NCBI GenBank assembly: GCA_044450465.1
Contig: JBIOJB010000001.1
Coordinates: 5,815 to 69,814 of the forward strand
Length of the DNA: 64,000 bases
DNA from: Candidatus Dormibacterales bacterium
GTDB taxonomy: Bacteria > Chloroflexota > Dormibacteria > Dormibacterales > Dormibacteraceae
Reading direction: 5' to 3'
Part shown: in pieces, positions 18,195 to 27,446 of the stretch
How positions within the stretch are numbered: the stretch's first letter is position 1
How the letters are laid out: every line of letters starts with the position of its first letter
Position numbers and translations under genes: made by a program
The notes under the pieces: model-generated
What the model was told of the DNA's origin: nothing
The model's input: only the letters and a program-made list of their open reading frames with translations
The model's database searches: none

Positions 18195-19103
18195 ATGGCG
18201 AAGCTAGGGATCATGATCGAGGGCCAGGAGGGCCTGAATTGGGACCGCTGGCGCAACATCTGCAGCGACGCAGAGAACCTCGGCTTCGCATCCCTCCGCC
18301 GCAGCGACCACTTCATCTCGTTGATGGAGGCCCCCGAGCGAGATTGCATAGAGTGCTGGGTCTCGCTCGCGCTCGCGGCCGAATGGACCCGGACGATCGA
18401 ATTCGGTCCGATGGTCAGCCCGATGACCTTCCGGCTACCGTCGCTCCTCGCGCGCATGGCGGCGTCGGTGGATCAGCTGTCATCGGGACGGCTGACGCTG
18501 GGCGTGGGCGCGGGCTGGAACGAGAACGAGCATTCGGAGTTCGGCATCCCCTTCCCCAGCGTGAAGGAGAGGTTCGACAACTTCGAGAAGGGCATCACGG
18601 CGATCCGCGAAACCTGGGCCAAGTCCAACCCAAAGCCGGCGCGCAACCCGATACCGCTCGTCATCGGCGGAAAGGGCGAGAAGAGGACGCTCGCGATCGT
18701 GGCTCGCGAGGCGGCCGAGTGGAACCTGTCGCGGCTCGACGCCGACATGTACAAGCAACGAGCGGCAACGCTCGCGGAGCACTGCAAGGCGATCGGCCGC
18801 GACCCGAAGACGATCCGCCACTCCGTGATGACGAGCTACATCGTCGGTCGCAACCAGGAGGAGCTCCTCGACCGGGCGGCGATGATCGGGTCAATGATCC
18901 CGGGCCTGCGCGACATAAGCCCTGGGCAGGTGCTCCAGAACCGGCGTGACCACTGGTTTGTGGGTACGCCGGACCAGATCGCCGAGCAGATGCGCGAGTT
19001 CGCCCGGATGGGCGTCGACCTGTTCATGCTCCAGCACTACCTGCTGGACGACTCCGAAGCGCTCCACCTTCTCGCGAACGAGGTCATGCCCTGGATCGCC
19101 TGA
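18195..19103 (+). CDS. Luciferase-like (LLM class) F420-dependent oxidoreductase
   Basis: The N-terminus MAKLGIMIEGQEGLNWDRW...SLRRSDHF and a length of 302 aa are typical of the LLM/F420-dependent oxidoreductase family. Confidence 0.8.
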   Translation: MAKLGIMIEGQEGLNWDRWRNICSDAENLGFASLRRSDHFISLMEAPERDCIECWVSLALAAEWTRTIEFGPMVSPMTFRLPSLLARMAASVDQLSSGRLTLGVGAGWNENEHSEFGIPFPSVKERFDNFEKGITAIRETWAKSNPKPARNPIPLVIGGKGEKRTLAIVAREAAEWNLSRLDADMYKQRAATLAEHCKAIGRDPKTIRHSVMTSYIVGRNQEELLDRAAMIGSMIPGLRDISPGQVLQNRRDHWFVGTPDQIAEQMREFARMGVDLFMLQHYLLDDSEALHLLANEVMPWIA

Positions 19104-19153
19104 GCAGCTCTACAGGCCTCGCGACGACGCTTCGGACGAGTTAACTTAGGGCC

Positions 19154-20302
19154 GTGGATTTTGACCTCAGCGCCTCGGAGCAGACATTTCGGGACGAGGT
19201 CAGAGCCTGGCTAAAGGCGAACGCCCCAGGCGAGCGGCCTGAGGGCGCCGGCGGCTTGGCCTCGGTCGTCGACGACCGCCGAGCCTGGCAGAAAAAGCTC
19301 CACCAGGCGGGTTATGTGGGCATCACGTGGCCCAAGGAGTTCGGCGGCCGCGGCGCCGGCTTCATGGAGCAGCTCATCTTCAACGACGAGATGGTCCGAG
19401 CCCAGGCTCCGGACCCGATCAACGTCATCGGTCTAGGCATGGGCGGCCCGGTCGTGCTCGCCCACGGCACCGAGGAGCAGAAGAAGCGGTACCTCGCGCC
19501 GCTCCTTTCGGGCGATGAGATCTGGTGCCAGGGCTTCAGCGAGCCTGACGCGGGAAGCGACCTTTCGGGCCTGAAGACGCGGGCCGAGGATCGCGGCGAC
19601 CACTACGTGGTCAACGGTCAGCAGGTCTGGACCACGCTGGCCCACGTGGCAAGGTGGTGCATGCTCGTGACCCGCGAGCGCAAGGAGTCAAACCCGCGAG
19701 AAGGGCTCACCTATCTGCTCGTCGACATGGAGAGCCCCGGCATCGAGGTGCGGCCTCTGGTCCAGATCACAGGCGACGCCGAGTTCAACGAGATCTTCTT
19801 CAAGGACGTGAAGGTTCCGAAGTCGCAGGTCCTCGGCGAGCCCGGGCAGGGCTGGGCCGTGGCCATGACCACCCTACTGCACGAGCGCGGGACGCTTGGC
19901 CTCGCGCTCGCCACCCGCGCGCAGATCACGGCAGCCGAGCTCGCCGAGCACGCTCGCAAGCTGGGTCGCGGCTCAGACCCGCTGGTGCGGCAGAGAATCG
20001 CCCAGTACGCCATCGAGGCCCGCGCCCTTCAGCTCAACGGCTACCGGGCCGTCACGGCCGTCAAGCGGACAGGGGTTCCGGGCCCTGAGGGATCGATCCT
20101 CAAGCTCATGTGGTCGGAGCTCAACCAGCGAATGACGGAGGCCGCAGTCGACATCGCAGGTCCGGCCGCGCAGGTCGGCGAGGGCGACGGATGGAAATAC
20201 CAGTTTCTGCGCTCGCGAGCGAACACGATCGAGGCGGGCACGTCCGAGGTCCTCCGCAACATCCTCGCCGAGCGAGTGCTCGGCCTCCCGCGGAGCCGGT
20301 AA
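19154..20302 (+). CDS. Acyl-CoA dehydrogenase
   Basis: Typical ACAD layout (N-terminal helical, middle beta, C-terminal helical domains). WCQGFSEPDAGSD motif. 382 aa. Confidence 0.88.
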   Translation: MDFDLSASEQTFRDEVRAWLKANAPGERPEGAGGLASVVDDRRAWQKKLHQAGYVGITWPKEFGGRGAGFMEQLIFNDEMVRAQAPDPINVIGLGMGGPVVLAHGTEEQKKRYLAPLLSGDEIWCQGFSEPDAGSDLSGLKTRAEDRGDHYVVNGQQVWTTLAHVARWCMLVTRERKESNPREGLTYLLVDMESPGIEVRPLVQITGDAEFNEIFFKDVKVPKSQVLGEPGQGWAVAMTTLLHERGTLGLALATRAQITAAELAEHARKLGRGSDPLVRQRIAQYAIEARALQLNGYRAVTAVKRTGVPGPEGSILKLMWSELNQRMTEAAVDIAGPAAQVGEGDGWKYQFLRSRANTIEAGTSEVLRNILAERVLGLPRSR

Positions 20303-20347
20303 AGCCGGTACTGGTCCAGAGACGGAGCCGGTAAGCTAGCCCTTCAA

Positions 20348-21952
20348 ATGACGGCGGTTGCGACTCGGGCCCCCGCAGAGGCCACCGAGAAAAAAGGCAT
20401 CGATCGAGGGGTTATGGCCGTCTTCGCGGGCCTCATGCTCGGCTCGCTAATCGCCTCGCTCAACATGACCCTCGTCGCGCCCGCTCTTCCGACCATCGTG
20501 GCGGAGCTGGGCGGGATCGCCGACTACAGCTGGATCCCGATCTCGGCGATGCTCGCCTCCACGATCGTCGTGCCGGTGGCGGGGAAGCTCTCAGACATCT
20601 ACGGACGCAAGCCGCTGTATATGACCGGGATAGTCGTCTTCGCAGCCGGCTCAGCCCTGTCGGGAATCGCCCCCAACTTCTGGTTCCTCGTGTTCGCGCG
20701 GTTCGTCCAGGGCGCGGGGATGGGGTTCATCATGCCGCTCTCACAGGCGATCATCGGCGACATCATCTCGCCCCGCGAGCGAGGCAAGTACCAGGGGATG
20801 ATGGGCGCGTCATTCGGCCTGGCCTCGATCGTTGGGCCCGCCGCGGGCGGCTTCATCACCGACCACTTCTCATGGCGGTGGCTGTTCTTCGTCAACTTGC
20901 CGTTCGCCGTGCTGACGCTGCTGGTCGTCGCCTTCTACATGCACGTGCCCAACGAGCGCCGCAAGCACGTGATCGACGTGTGGGGCAGTGTCACCCTCTC
21001 GGCCGGCATCACATGCGCGCTGCTCGCCACGGTCTGGGGCGGCAGCCAGTACGCGTGGGGCTCGTGGCAGATCCTCGGGCTCTACTCGGCGGCAGCGATT
21101 CTGCTCGTTTCCTTTGTCTGGGTCGAGATGCACGCGCCCGAGCCCGTGCTGCCGCTCAAGCTCTGGAAGAGCAGCATCTTCACCTTCTCCAACATCGCCG
21201 GCATGGGAGTCGCGATGTCGATGTTCGGCGCCATCTTCTTCCTGCCCGTATTCGTTCAGGGGGTGATCGGCAACAGCGTCACCAACTCCGGCGCGATCCT
21301 GGTCCCGATGCTGGTCGCCATGATCTTCACCAGCATCGGAAGCGGGCAATTGATCTCGCGGACCGGCCGCTACAAGGCGCTTCTGTTGATCGGCCTTGTT
21401 TTCATGGGTGCCGGTTTCTACCTGCTGGCGAGATTCGACGTCAACACGACCAACCTGGATGCGATTGAAGCCATGGTTCTGATCGGCCTTGGCCTCGGTG
21501 TCACCATGCAGACCTACACCCTGGTCGTCCAGAACTCGGTCAACCGGCAGGACATGGCCGTAGCCACGTCGGCCACCCAGCTTTCGCGCTCGATTGGCGC
21601 GGCCGTCGGCCTCGCGATCCTGGGCACGATCCTCACCCAAGGCCTGGCCTCGTCTATGGCCAAGTACCTGCCAGCCGTGGCTCTCCGCCAGTTCCAGTCC
21701 TCCGGCAATTCCACCGCCGGCGCCGTTTTCGATCCCGCTCAGCTCGCCCGGCTTCCGCCCGTCATCGCCGCAGGAATCCGGCATGGTCTGGCCGACGCGC
21801 TGCACCCGGTGTTCTTGATCGGCCTGCCCGTGGTCGCCATCGCGTTCATCGCGACCCTGTTCATTCACGAGCTGCCACTGCGCGAGACCGCACATGTCAC
21901 CGCGGGTCGCGCGCCGGCGCAGACGCAAGTTGGTTCGAAGACCGACACTTAG
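20348..21952 (+). CDS. MFS transporter, DHA2 (EmrB/QacA, 14-TMS) family
   Basis: 534 aa with about 14 hydrophobic segments. DHA2-like motifs (GKLSDIYGRKP, LVFARFVQGAGMG). Confidence 0.85.
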   Translation: MTAVATRAPAEATEKKGIDRGVMAVFAGLMLGSLIASLNMTLVAPALPTIVAELGGIADYSWIPISAMLASTIVVPVAGKLSDIYGRKPLYMTGIVVFAAGSALSGIAPNFWFLVFARFVQGAGMGFIMPLSQAIIGDIISPRERGKYQGMMGASFGLASIVGPAAGGFITDHFSWRWLFFVNLPFAVLTLLVVAFYMHVPNERRKHVIDVWGSVTLSAGITCALLATVWGGSQYAWGSWQILGLYSAAAILLVSFVWVEMHAPEPVLPLKLWKSSIFTFSNIAGMGVAMSMFGAIFFLPVFVQGVIGNSVTNSGAILVPMLVAMIFTSIGSGQLISRTGRYKALLLIGLVFMGAGFYLLARFDVNTTNLDAIEAMVLIGLGLGVTMQTYTLVVQNSVNRQDMAVATSATQLSRSIGAAVGLAILGTILTQGLASSMAKYLPAVALRQFQSSGNSTAGAVFDPAQLARLPPVIAAGIRHGLADALHPVFLIGLPVVAIAFIATLFIHELPLRETAHVTAGRAPAQTQVGSKTDT

Positions 21953-21964
21953 ACTAGTCGCACC

Positions 21965-22363
21965 GTGGCCGCTCCGGACAACGTCTCGGCATCAGATCCC
22001 GTCCTGGGCGTCATCATCCCCGCCTACAACGAGGCGCGCTCGATCGAGCAGATCATTCGACGCGTGCTTCGCGAATCGTGCGTACAGCAGGTCGTCGTGG
22101 TCGATGACTGCTCGTCCGACGGCACCACCGAGATCGCGAAGCGTTGCGCCGGAGCCCACCACAGGCTGAGCGTTCTGCGGCATCAGACCAACCTGGGAAA
22201 GGGAGCGGCTGTGCGCACCGGGCTCGCGGCGATCACCCTGGTCTTGATCCAGGACGCCGACCTGGAGTACGACCCCGCCGATTATCAGAAGCTGATCTCT
22301 CCCATCATCCGAGGCCGGGCATCCGGCGAGCCGATCGCGCCTCGGTCAGATCGCGAGGACTGA
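21965..22363 (+). pseudogene. Family-2 glycosyltransferase remnant (N-terminal ~115 aa only)
   Basis: The segment VIIPAYNEARSIEQ...VVVDDCSSDGT...LIQDADLEYDP is the GT2 N-terminal half. The frame ends shortly after IIRGRA, where full-length homologues continue (DVVYGSRF...). Only 132 aa remain. Confidence 0.6.
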
Positions 22364-22368
22364 CCGGC

Positions 22369-22926
22369 ATGGACGAGCCGGCGGCGGGGCGAGGCGCCGC
22401 GTGGGCATTCTTCATCGCGAGCGCCCTGGCCGCGGCGGGTGGAATCCTGCCCACCTTGTTTGCGAGCACGTCCGGCCGGATCAGCAGCGTCATCGTCCCT
22501 TTCTGGCTGGGAGCCCTCTGCTTCGCCGCTACCGGCGCGTTCCGCCGGCTCGGAAGGACACTGGTGACCGTGGGTTATCTGGCAGGCGGCCTCGCCATCG
22601 TGTTTGGAATGCTCGGAATGTTCGCGGTGCTGGTGCAACTCACCGTGCTGACGACATGCCCGCCCGGGACGGCGGCGTGCGGGCTCGGCTTCACCCGCCC
22701 CCTGACGCCGGCGGAGACGACGGGGATAGGCTATGCGATGGGTATGGGGACGGTCGCCCTCGTGGCGGGTTTCGCGGGGCTCAGAGCTGTGTACAGGCAG
22801 CGCGGCCGCCAGGCGGCGTCGTTCTCCGCTCCGGTGCGCCGCATAGCGCCGGCCGGCCCGCCGCCCCAAAAGGACGTCCCAGGCGCCGGGGTCACTGGGC
22901 CAGGCGGGAGCGAGGAGGGCGACTGA
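22369..22926 (+). CDS. Hypothetical membrane protein (about 4 TM helices)
   Basis: Start re-set to ATG 22369 (MDEPAAGRGAAWAFFIASALAAAGG). Hydrophobic segments and high third-position GC. The stop overlaps the next start (TGATG). Confidence 0.55.
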   Translation: MDEPAAGRGAAWAFFIASALAAAGGILPTLFASTSGRISSVIVPFWLGALCFAATGAFRRLGRTLVTVGYLAGGLAIVFGMLGMFAVLVQLTVLTTCPPGTAACGLGFTRPLTPAETTGIGYAMGMGTVALVAGFAGLRAVYRQRGRQAASFSAPVRRIAPAGPPPQKDVPGAGVTGPGGSEEGD

Positions 22927-24056
22927 TGGACTTCGCCTTTTCCGAAGAGCAGGAGATGCTGCGCCAGTCGGTGCGTGATTTCCTCGCCAAGGAGTGCAGC
23001 TCCAAGGTCGTACGGAGGCTAATGGAGAGCTCCGACGCTTACGACGCCGCGCTCTGGAAGAAGATGGCCGATCTTGGATGGACCGCGCTCGGGATCCCCG
23101 AGTCCTACGGTGGAGTGGGCGGCTTTCTCGACCTCATCGTCGTTTTCGAGGAGGCGGGTCGCGTGCTTCTGCCCGGACCCTTCTTCGCCACGATGGGCCT
23201 GGCCGTGCCTACGCTGCTCGAGGCTGGGAGTGAGGCTCAGAAGAAAGAGGTGCTGAGCGCCGTCGCGGCCGGTTCGGCGCGCGCCACCCTCGCGTTCACC
23301 GAGCCGTCAGGCCGATGGGACGCAAACGGGATCGCGCTGACGGCGAAGCCCATCGGAGGAGGCTGGACGCTGAGCGGCGTCAAGCTCTTCGTCGCCGACG
23401 CGGACAACGCCGACTACATCGTCGTCGCTGCGCGCACACGCGGCGAGGGGGAGGACGGCGTGTCGCTCTTCCTGGTCAAGGGAAGGCCCAAGGGCATGAC
23501 GGTCTCACAGCTGAAGACTCTCGACATGACCCGGCGATGGAGCGAGATTCGCTTTGACGCCGTGGAGCTCGGGTCTGAAGCCTTGATGGGGCAGCCCGAC
23601 AAGGCATGGGCGCCGCTGAAGCGAGCACTCGAATGGGGAACCGCGGCTCTGTGCGCGGAAATGATGGGCGGCGCGCAGAGGGTGCTCGAGACGTCAACCG
23701 AGTACGCGAAGACTCGCCAGCAGTTCGGCAAGCCGATCGGGATCTACCAGGCGGTGTCCCACAAGCTCGCCGACATGCTCGTCCAGACCGAGAGCGGCCG
23801 CTCGGCAACGTATTACGCGGCCTGGACGGTCGAAGCCGACGCGCCCGACCGATCGGTAGCCTCGTCAATGGCCAAGGCCTATGTCTCAGATGCGTATCGG
23901 AAGGTGGCCGGTGACGGGATACAGGTGCACGGCGGAATCGGGTTCACCTGGGAGCACGACATGCACCTCTACTTCAAGCGCGCCAAGGCGTCGGAGGTGA
24001 CGCTCGGCGACGCGACCTACCATCGCGAGCTGGTAGCGCAGTCGCTCGACTTGTAG
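22926..24056 (+). CDS. Acyl-CoA dehydrogenase
   Basis: Start re-set to ATG 22926 (MDFAFSEEQEMLRQSVRDFLAKE), a canonical ACAD N-terminus. The ORF-track 551-aa version is an upstream extension. Confidence 0.88.
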   Translation: MDFAFSEEQEMLRQSVRDFLAKECSSKVVRRLMESSDAYDAALWKKMADLGWTALGIPESYGGVGGFLDLIVVFEEAGRVLLPGPFFATMGLAVPTLLEAGSEAQKKEVLSAVAAGSARATLAFTEPSGRWDANGIALTAKPIGGGWTLSGVKLFVADADNADYIVVAARTRGEGEDGVSLFLVKGRPKGMTVSQLKTLDMTRRWSEIRFDAVELGSEALMGQPDKAWAPLKRALEWGTAALCAEMMGGAQRVLETSTEYAKTRQQFGKPIGIYQAVSHKLADMLVQTESGRSATYYAAWTVEADAPDRSVASSMAKAYVSDAYRKVAGDGIQVHGGIGFTWEHDMHLYFKRAKASEVTLGDATYHRELVAQSLDL

Positions 24057-24071
24057 CGACGCTGGCCGGGG

Positions 24072-26459
24072 CTAGCCCGCGGCGAGCAGCCTGAAGACTG
24101 CGACGCCGAAGAGGGCGCAGGCGGGAAGCACAAGCCCGCGGAAAAGGGCCCAGTAGGCGGCCCACGCATCTCGCAGGCGATCCAGCCGCCGCCCCGAACC
24201 GAAGACTAAAGACCAGTAGATCGGCAGAGCCGACCCTGTGTTGAGGGCCAGCCCAAGCAGGGCGAGTCCCCCCACCCCGACAAACCATGGCTCCAGCGGA
24301 GCCGACGCGCCGAAGCCGACCTGCACGCCCCAGAACATCGACACGAACACGACGCCGAGCAGGGCCGGCACGCCGAGCAGGAAGAACGAGGCGAAGCTGA
24401 GGATGACAAGGCTGAGCATCAGAGCGAGGACCGCGACAATCCCTGCGAGCCCGGCGGCGGCCACGGTGACGCCGGTGGTCTGGGTGGGCGTCGAGACATT
24501 GGCAGGCGTCAGCGTCACCTGGACCGGATCGCTGGGTCCCAATCCCGTGAAGCCCGCGACGTCGGCCCACGAGTGCAGTCCCGCGTTCGAAGTCACTGCC
24601 GCCGCCGCTCCCGCGGGCACCGCAGCGAGCAGCAAGCCAGCAAGGATGGCCGCGGCGTTGCGGCGCAGCATCAAAACCGGCAGCCACGCCCTGCGGCTGC
24701 GGACACGGCCCAGGCCGGTCTCCATCAGGCGCTCGCGATCGAACGTGCTCCCACATAGGATGGTCAGGGCGAGGCATGCTGTGATCGGAACCAAGAGCGA
24801 GCCGACAGCCAGAGGCGAACGGAACACGAAGAGCGCGAGCGGCAAGTCTGCCACCGCGGCTGAAACCGGCGACAGGAGGAACGACCACGCGCCACCGGCC
24901 GCGCCTTCTCTCGGGAACAGCATAAACCCGAGCATTCGCCCCATCGCCGCCCAGTACGCCGTCACCGCCGCCACGAAGGCGAACACCGGCAGCAGGTCCC
25001 ACGGCGCGGGCTCACCGAAGAGGTTGAGCAGCGCCATCCCGGCGGCCATCCAGAAGCTCACCCAGACGGTGCTGACGACGGCCCCGGGTAGGACCTCGAG
25101 CCAGATGAGGGACGGATCGTCCAGCGGCGTGTAAAGCAGGACCTCGAGCGAGCCCTGCGCCTTCTCCCACCAGATTCCGATCGAGCTCTTGATCGACTCG
25201 AGCAGAGCGAAGGACATGAAGAACAGCGGCAGGAGCAGGCCCGCCTGGAGAGACGCGCTGCCGGCGAACCTGTGGGCGATCTGGCCCGCCACCCCGGGCA
25301 GCTGGCCGAAAAGCGAGGTGCCCGCCACGAGCAGCAGGACGAATGCGTTCAGGTACGACACCCAGCTGAGATCGCCGCGCCGCCACCACGAGCTCACGTA
25401 GAAGGGAAGCGACGCCAGCAGCAGGCCTCCCTGCTCGGGCAGTGAGGCGAACATGCGGGGTGCCCGAATGCCGGAGGCGATCTTGGCCGGGGGCGGAGGC
25501 GCCTCAGTGGAGGTTGGGAGCGGGTCGGCCATCGCGCGGAGGTAGACACCTTCCAGCGTGGCCTGTTCCTCCTCCAGCTCGTGAAACGGAGCGCCCTGCT
25601 CGGCGAGGCGGCGCTGCACTTCGGCGGCAAACGCGGCGCGATCCGCCACAGACGCATCCGCGGGCAGCGTGTATGTGAGCAGCTCACCGTCTAGCTGGTG
25701 GGATACGGCGTGCAGGCTGAGCCAGGTCGTGATGGCGTCCGGATCCAGCGGTGTGCCGGCGAGACGGGCGGCGAACGACCTGCCTTCTCCAAGCTGCCGC
25801 CGCAGCTCGTCCAACGTTCCATGAGTGACGATGACGGCGCGCCGCATGATCGCGATCCGGTCCGCCATCAGCTCCGCTTCGCTGAGCACGTGAGTGGTGA
25901 CGATCAACGCCGCCCCGCGAGCCTTTTGCTCGCCGAGGTACCGGCGCATGTCCGCGGCGGCCACCGGATCGAGACCAGCGGTGGGCTCGTCACAGAAGAT
26001 CCAGTCCGGGTCGTGAAGCGTCGCTCGGATCAGTGCGACTTTCTGCGCCATGCCGCGCGAGTAGGCGGCGAGCAGGGTGTCGCGCCGGTCCGACAGCTCA
26101 AAGCGCTCGAGCAGCTGATCGATGCGAGCACGCCGCACGTCCTCGGCCACTCCGTAGAGGTAGCCGAACCGATCGAGGTATTCGATCGCCGTGTTGCGGC
26201 CATAAAGCCGCGCCTGGTCCGGCACTATTCCGAGGCGAGCCCGAACCGCGTCCAGGCTTTCCGGAAGGCGCAATCCGTCCAGCTCGATCAGCCCAGAGTC
26301 GGGCCGCAGGATCCCCCCGAGGCACCTAAGCGTGGTGGATTTGCCGGCCCCGTTCTGGCCGAGCAGGACAAGGATCTCGCCCCGCTCGACCTGCAGGTCG
26401 ACACCGTCCACGGCGCGAACGTCGCCGAAGCTCTTGCGGAGTCCCTCCACCTGGATCAC
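24072..26459 (-). CDS. Fused ABC transporter ATP-binding domain plus multi-span permease domain
   Basis: The N-terminal ~300 aa carry Walker A (GQNGAGKST), signature-like YSRGMAQK and Walker B (IFCDEP). The C-terminal ~480 aa are polytopic membrane sequence. Confidence 0.8.
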   Translation of the reverse strand: MIQVEGLRKSFGDVRAVDGVDLQVERGEILVLLGQNGAGKSTTLRCLGGILRPDSGLIELDGLRLPESLDAVRARLGIVPDQARLYGRNTAIEYLDRFGYLYGVAEDVRRARIDQLLERFELSDRRDTLLAAYSRGMAQKVALIRATLHDPDWIFCDEPTAGLDPVAAADMRRYLGEQKARGAALIVTTHVLSEAELMADRIAIMRRAVIVTHGTLDELRRQLGEGRSFAARLAGTPLDPDAITTWLSLHAVSHQLDGELLTYTLPADASVADRAAFAAEVQRRLAEQGAPFHELEEEQATLEGVYLRAMADPLPTSTEAPPPPAKIASGIRAPRMFASLPEQGGLLLASLPFYVSSWWRRGDLSWVSYLNAFVLLLVAGTSLFGQLPGVAGQIAHRFAGSASLQAGLLLPLFFMSFALLESIKSSIGIWWEKAQGSLEVLLYTPLDDPSLIWLEVLPGAVVSTVWVSFWMAAGMALLNLFGEPAPWDLLPVFAFVAAVTAYWAAMGRMLGFMLFPREGAAGGAWSFLLSPVSAAVADLPLALFVFRSPLAVGSLLVPITACLALTILCGSTFDRERLMETGLGRVRSRRAWLPVLMLRRNAAAILAGLLLAAVPAGAAAAVTSNAGLHSWADVAGFTGLGPSDPVQVTLTPANVSTPTQTTGVTVAAAGLAGIVAVLALMLSLVILSFASFFLLGVPALLGVVFVSMFWGVQVGFGASAPLEPWFVGVGGLALLGLALNTGSALPIYWSLVFGSGRRLDRLRDAWAAYWALFRGLVLPACALFGVAVFRLLAAG

Positions 26460-26474
26460 GGAGCTAACCGGCCA

Positions 26475-26804
26475 CTAGATCTTTTCGAAGGTGTCAACCG
26501 GAACCACGAAAACCGTGGCGCCACCGACTTCGACCTCGACTGGATAGGCCGAAAAGGCCTCGCCGGGTTCCGCGACCGCAGGTGCCGAGGTGACGTAACG
26601 GCTGCGCTCGTGACAGTTCTCGCGAATGATTCGCAGTGCGTCCTGCACTTGCGTGTCTGACACGCCGATCATGAGCGTCACGTTCCCCTGCTTCAGGAAG
26701 CCGCCGCTGGACGACATGCGGGTAGAGCCGACCCCTGCTTCTCCGAGAGCGGCCACCGTCGGCTCGGCGTCCTCGTGCTGGACCACCGCGATGATCAACT
26801 TCAC
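26475..26804 (-). CDS. darA: Cyclic-di-AMP receptor, PII-like (DarA/PstA family)
   Basis: MKLIIAVVQHEDAE...SSGGFLKQGNVTLMIGV...YPVEVEVGGATVFVVPVDTFEKI closely parallels Bacillus DarA (YaaQ). It lies directly downstream of tmk, as in Firmicutes. Confidence 0.85.
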   Translation of the reverse strand: MKLIIAVVQHEDAEPTVAALGEAGVGSTRMSSSGGFLKQGNVTLMIGVSDTQVQDALRIIRENCHERSRYVTSAPAVAEPGEAFSAYPVEVEVGGATVFVVPVDTFEKI

Positions 26805-27406
26805 CGCGAGAGTTCCATCAGGGCCTCGAGTCGCTTGCGCACATCGAGGTGCACCCTCTCTTTTGAGCGCGTCGCGTCGATGCGTGTGAACCGCTCCGGT
26901 TCAGCGTCAGCAAGGCGCGCGTACTCGGCCACCACCTTCTCGTAAAACTCGAACGACTCCATCTCGAGCCGGTCAGGCGTTTTGCCGGCGCCCTTCTGGC
27001 GGCCGCGGCCCGTTTCGACGGGCCCTTCCAGCAAGAAGGTCACATCAGGTCGAGGCAGGCTGGGCAGCCAGCTCAAGCTCAGGCCCCGCCCGCCTCCCTG
27101 ATAGGCCAGGGTTGAATCGTGATAGCGATCGGCGATCACAATCTCGCCCGCAGCGAGCGCCGGCTCGATCACCTCGCCAACCAGCTGCCTGCGAGCCGCC
27201 ATGAAGAGATACGCCTCCGCTTCCGGATCGATGGCGAGGCCGCTGAGCAGAACGATCGCGCGGATCTTCTCGCCCAGCTCGGTGCCGCCAGGTTCGCGCA
27301 CGACGACCGGCACGCGGGGCGCAAGCCACTCGACCAGCATCTCGACCTGTGTGGTCTTGCCGCTGCCCTCGGCGCCTTCGAACGTGACGAACAGCCCGTG
27401 TCCCAT
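26801..27406 (-). CDS. tmk: Thymidylate kinase
   Basis: P-loop FVTFEGAEGSGKTTQ and DRY motif (ADRYHDSTLAYQG). 201 aa. Confidence 0.9.
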   Translation of the reverse strand: MGHGLFVTFEGAEGSGKTTQVEMLVEWLAPRVPVVVREPGGTELGEKIRAIVLLSGLAIDPEAEAYLFMAARRQLVGEVIEPALAAGEIVIADRYHDSTLAYQGGGRGLSLSWLPSLPRPDVTFLLEGPVETGRGRQKGAGKTPDRLEMESFEFYEKVVAEYARLADAEPERFTRIDATRSKERVHLDVRKRLEALMELSR

Positions 27407-27446
27407 CAGCCGAACTTTAGGGCGACTCGGCCCGATCTACGCTGCT

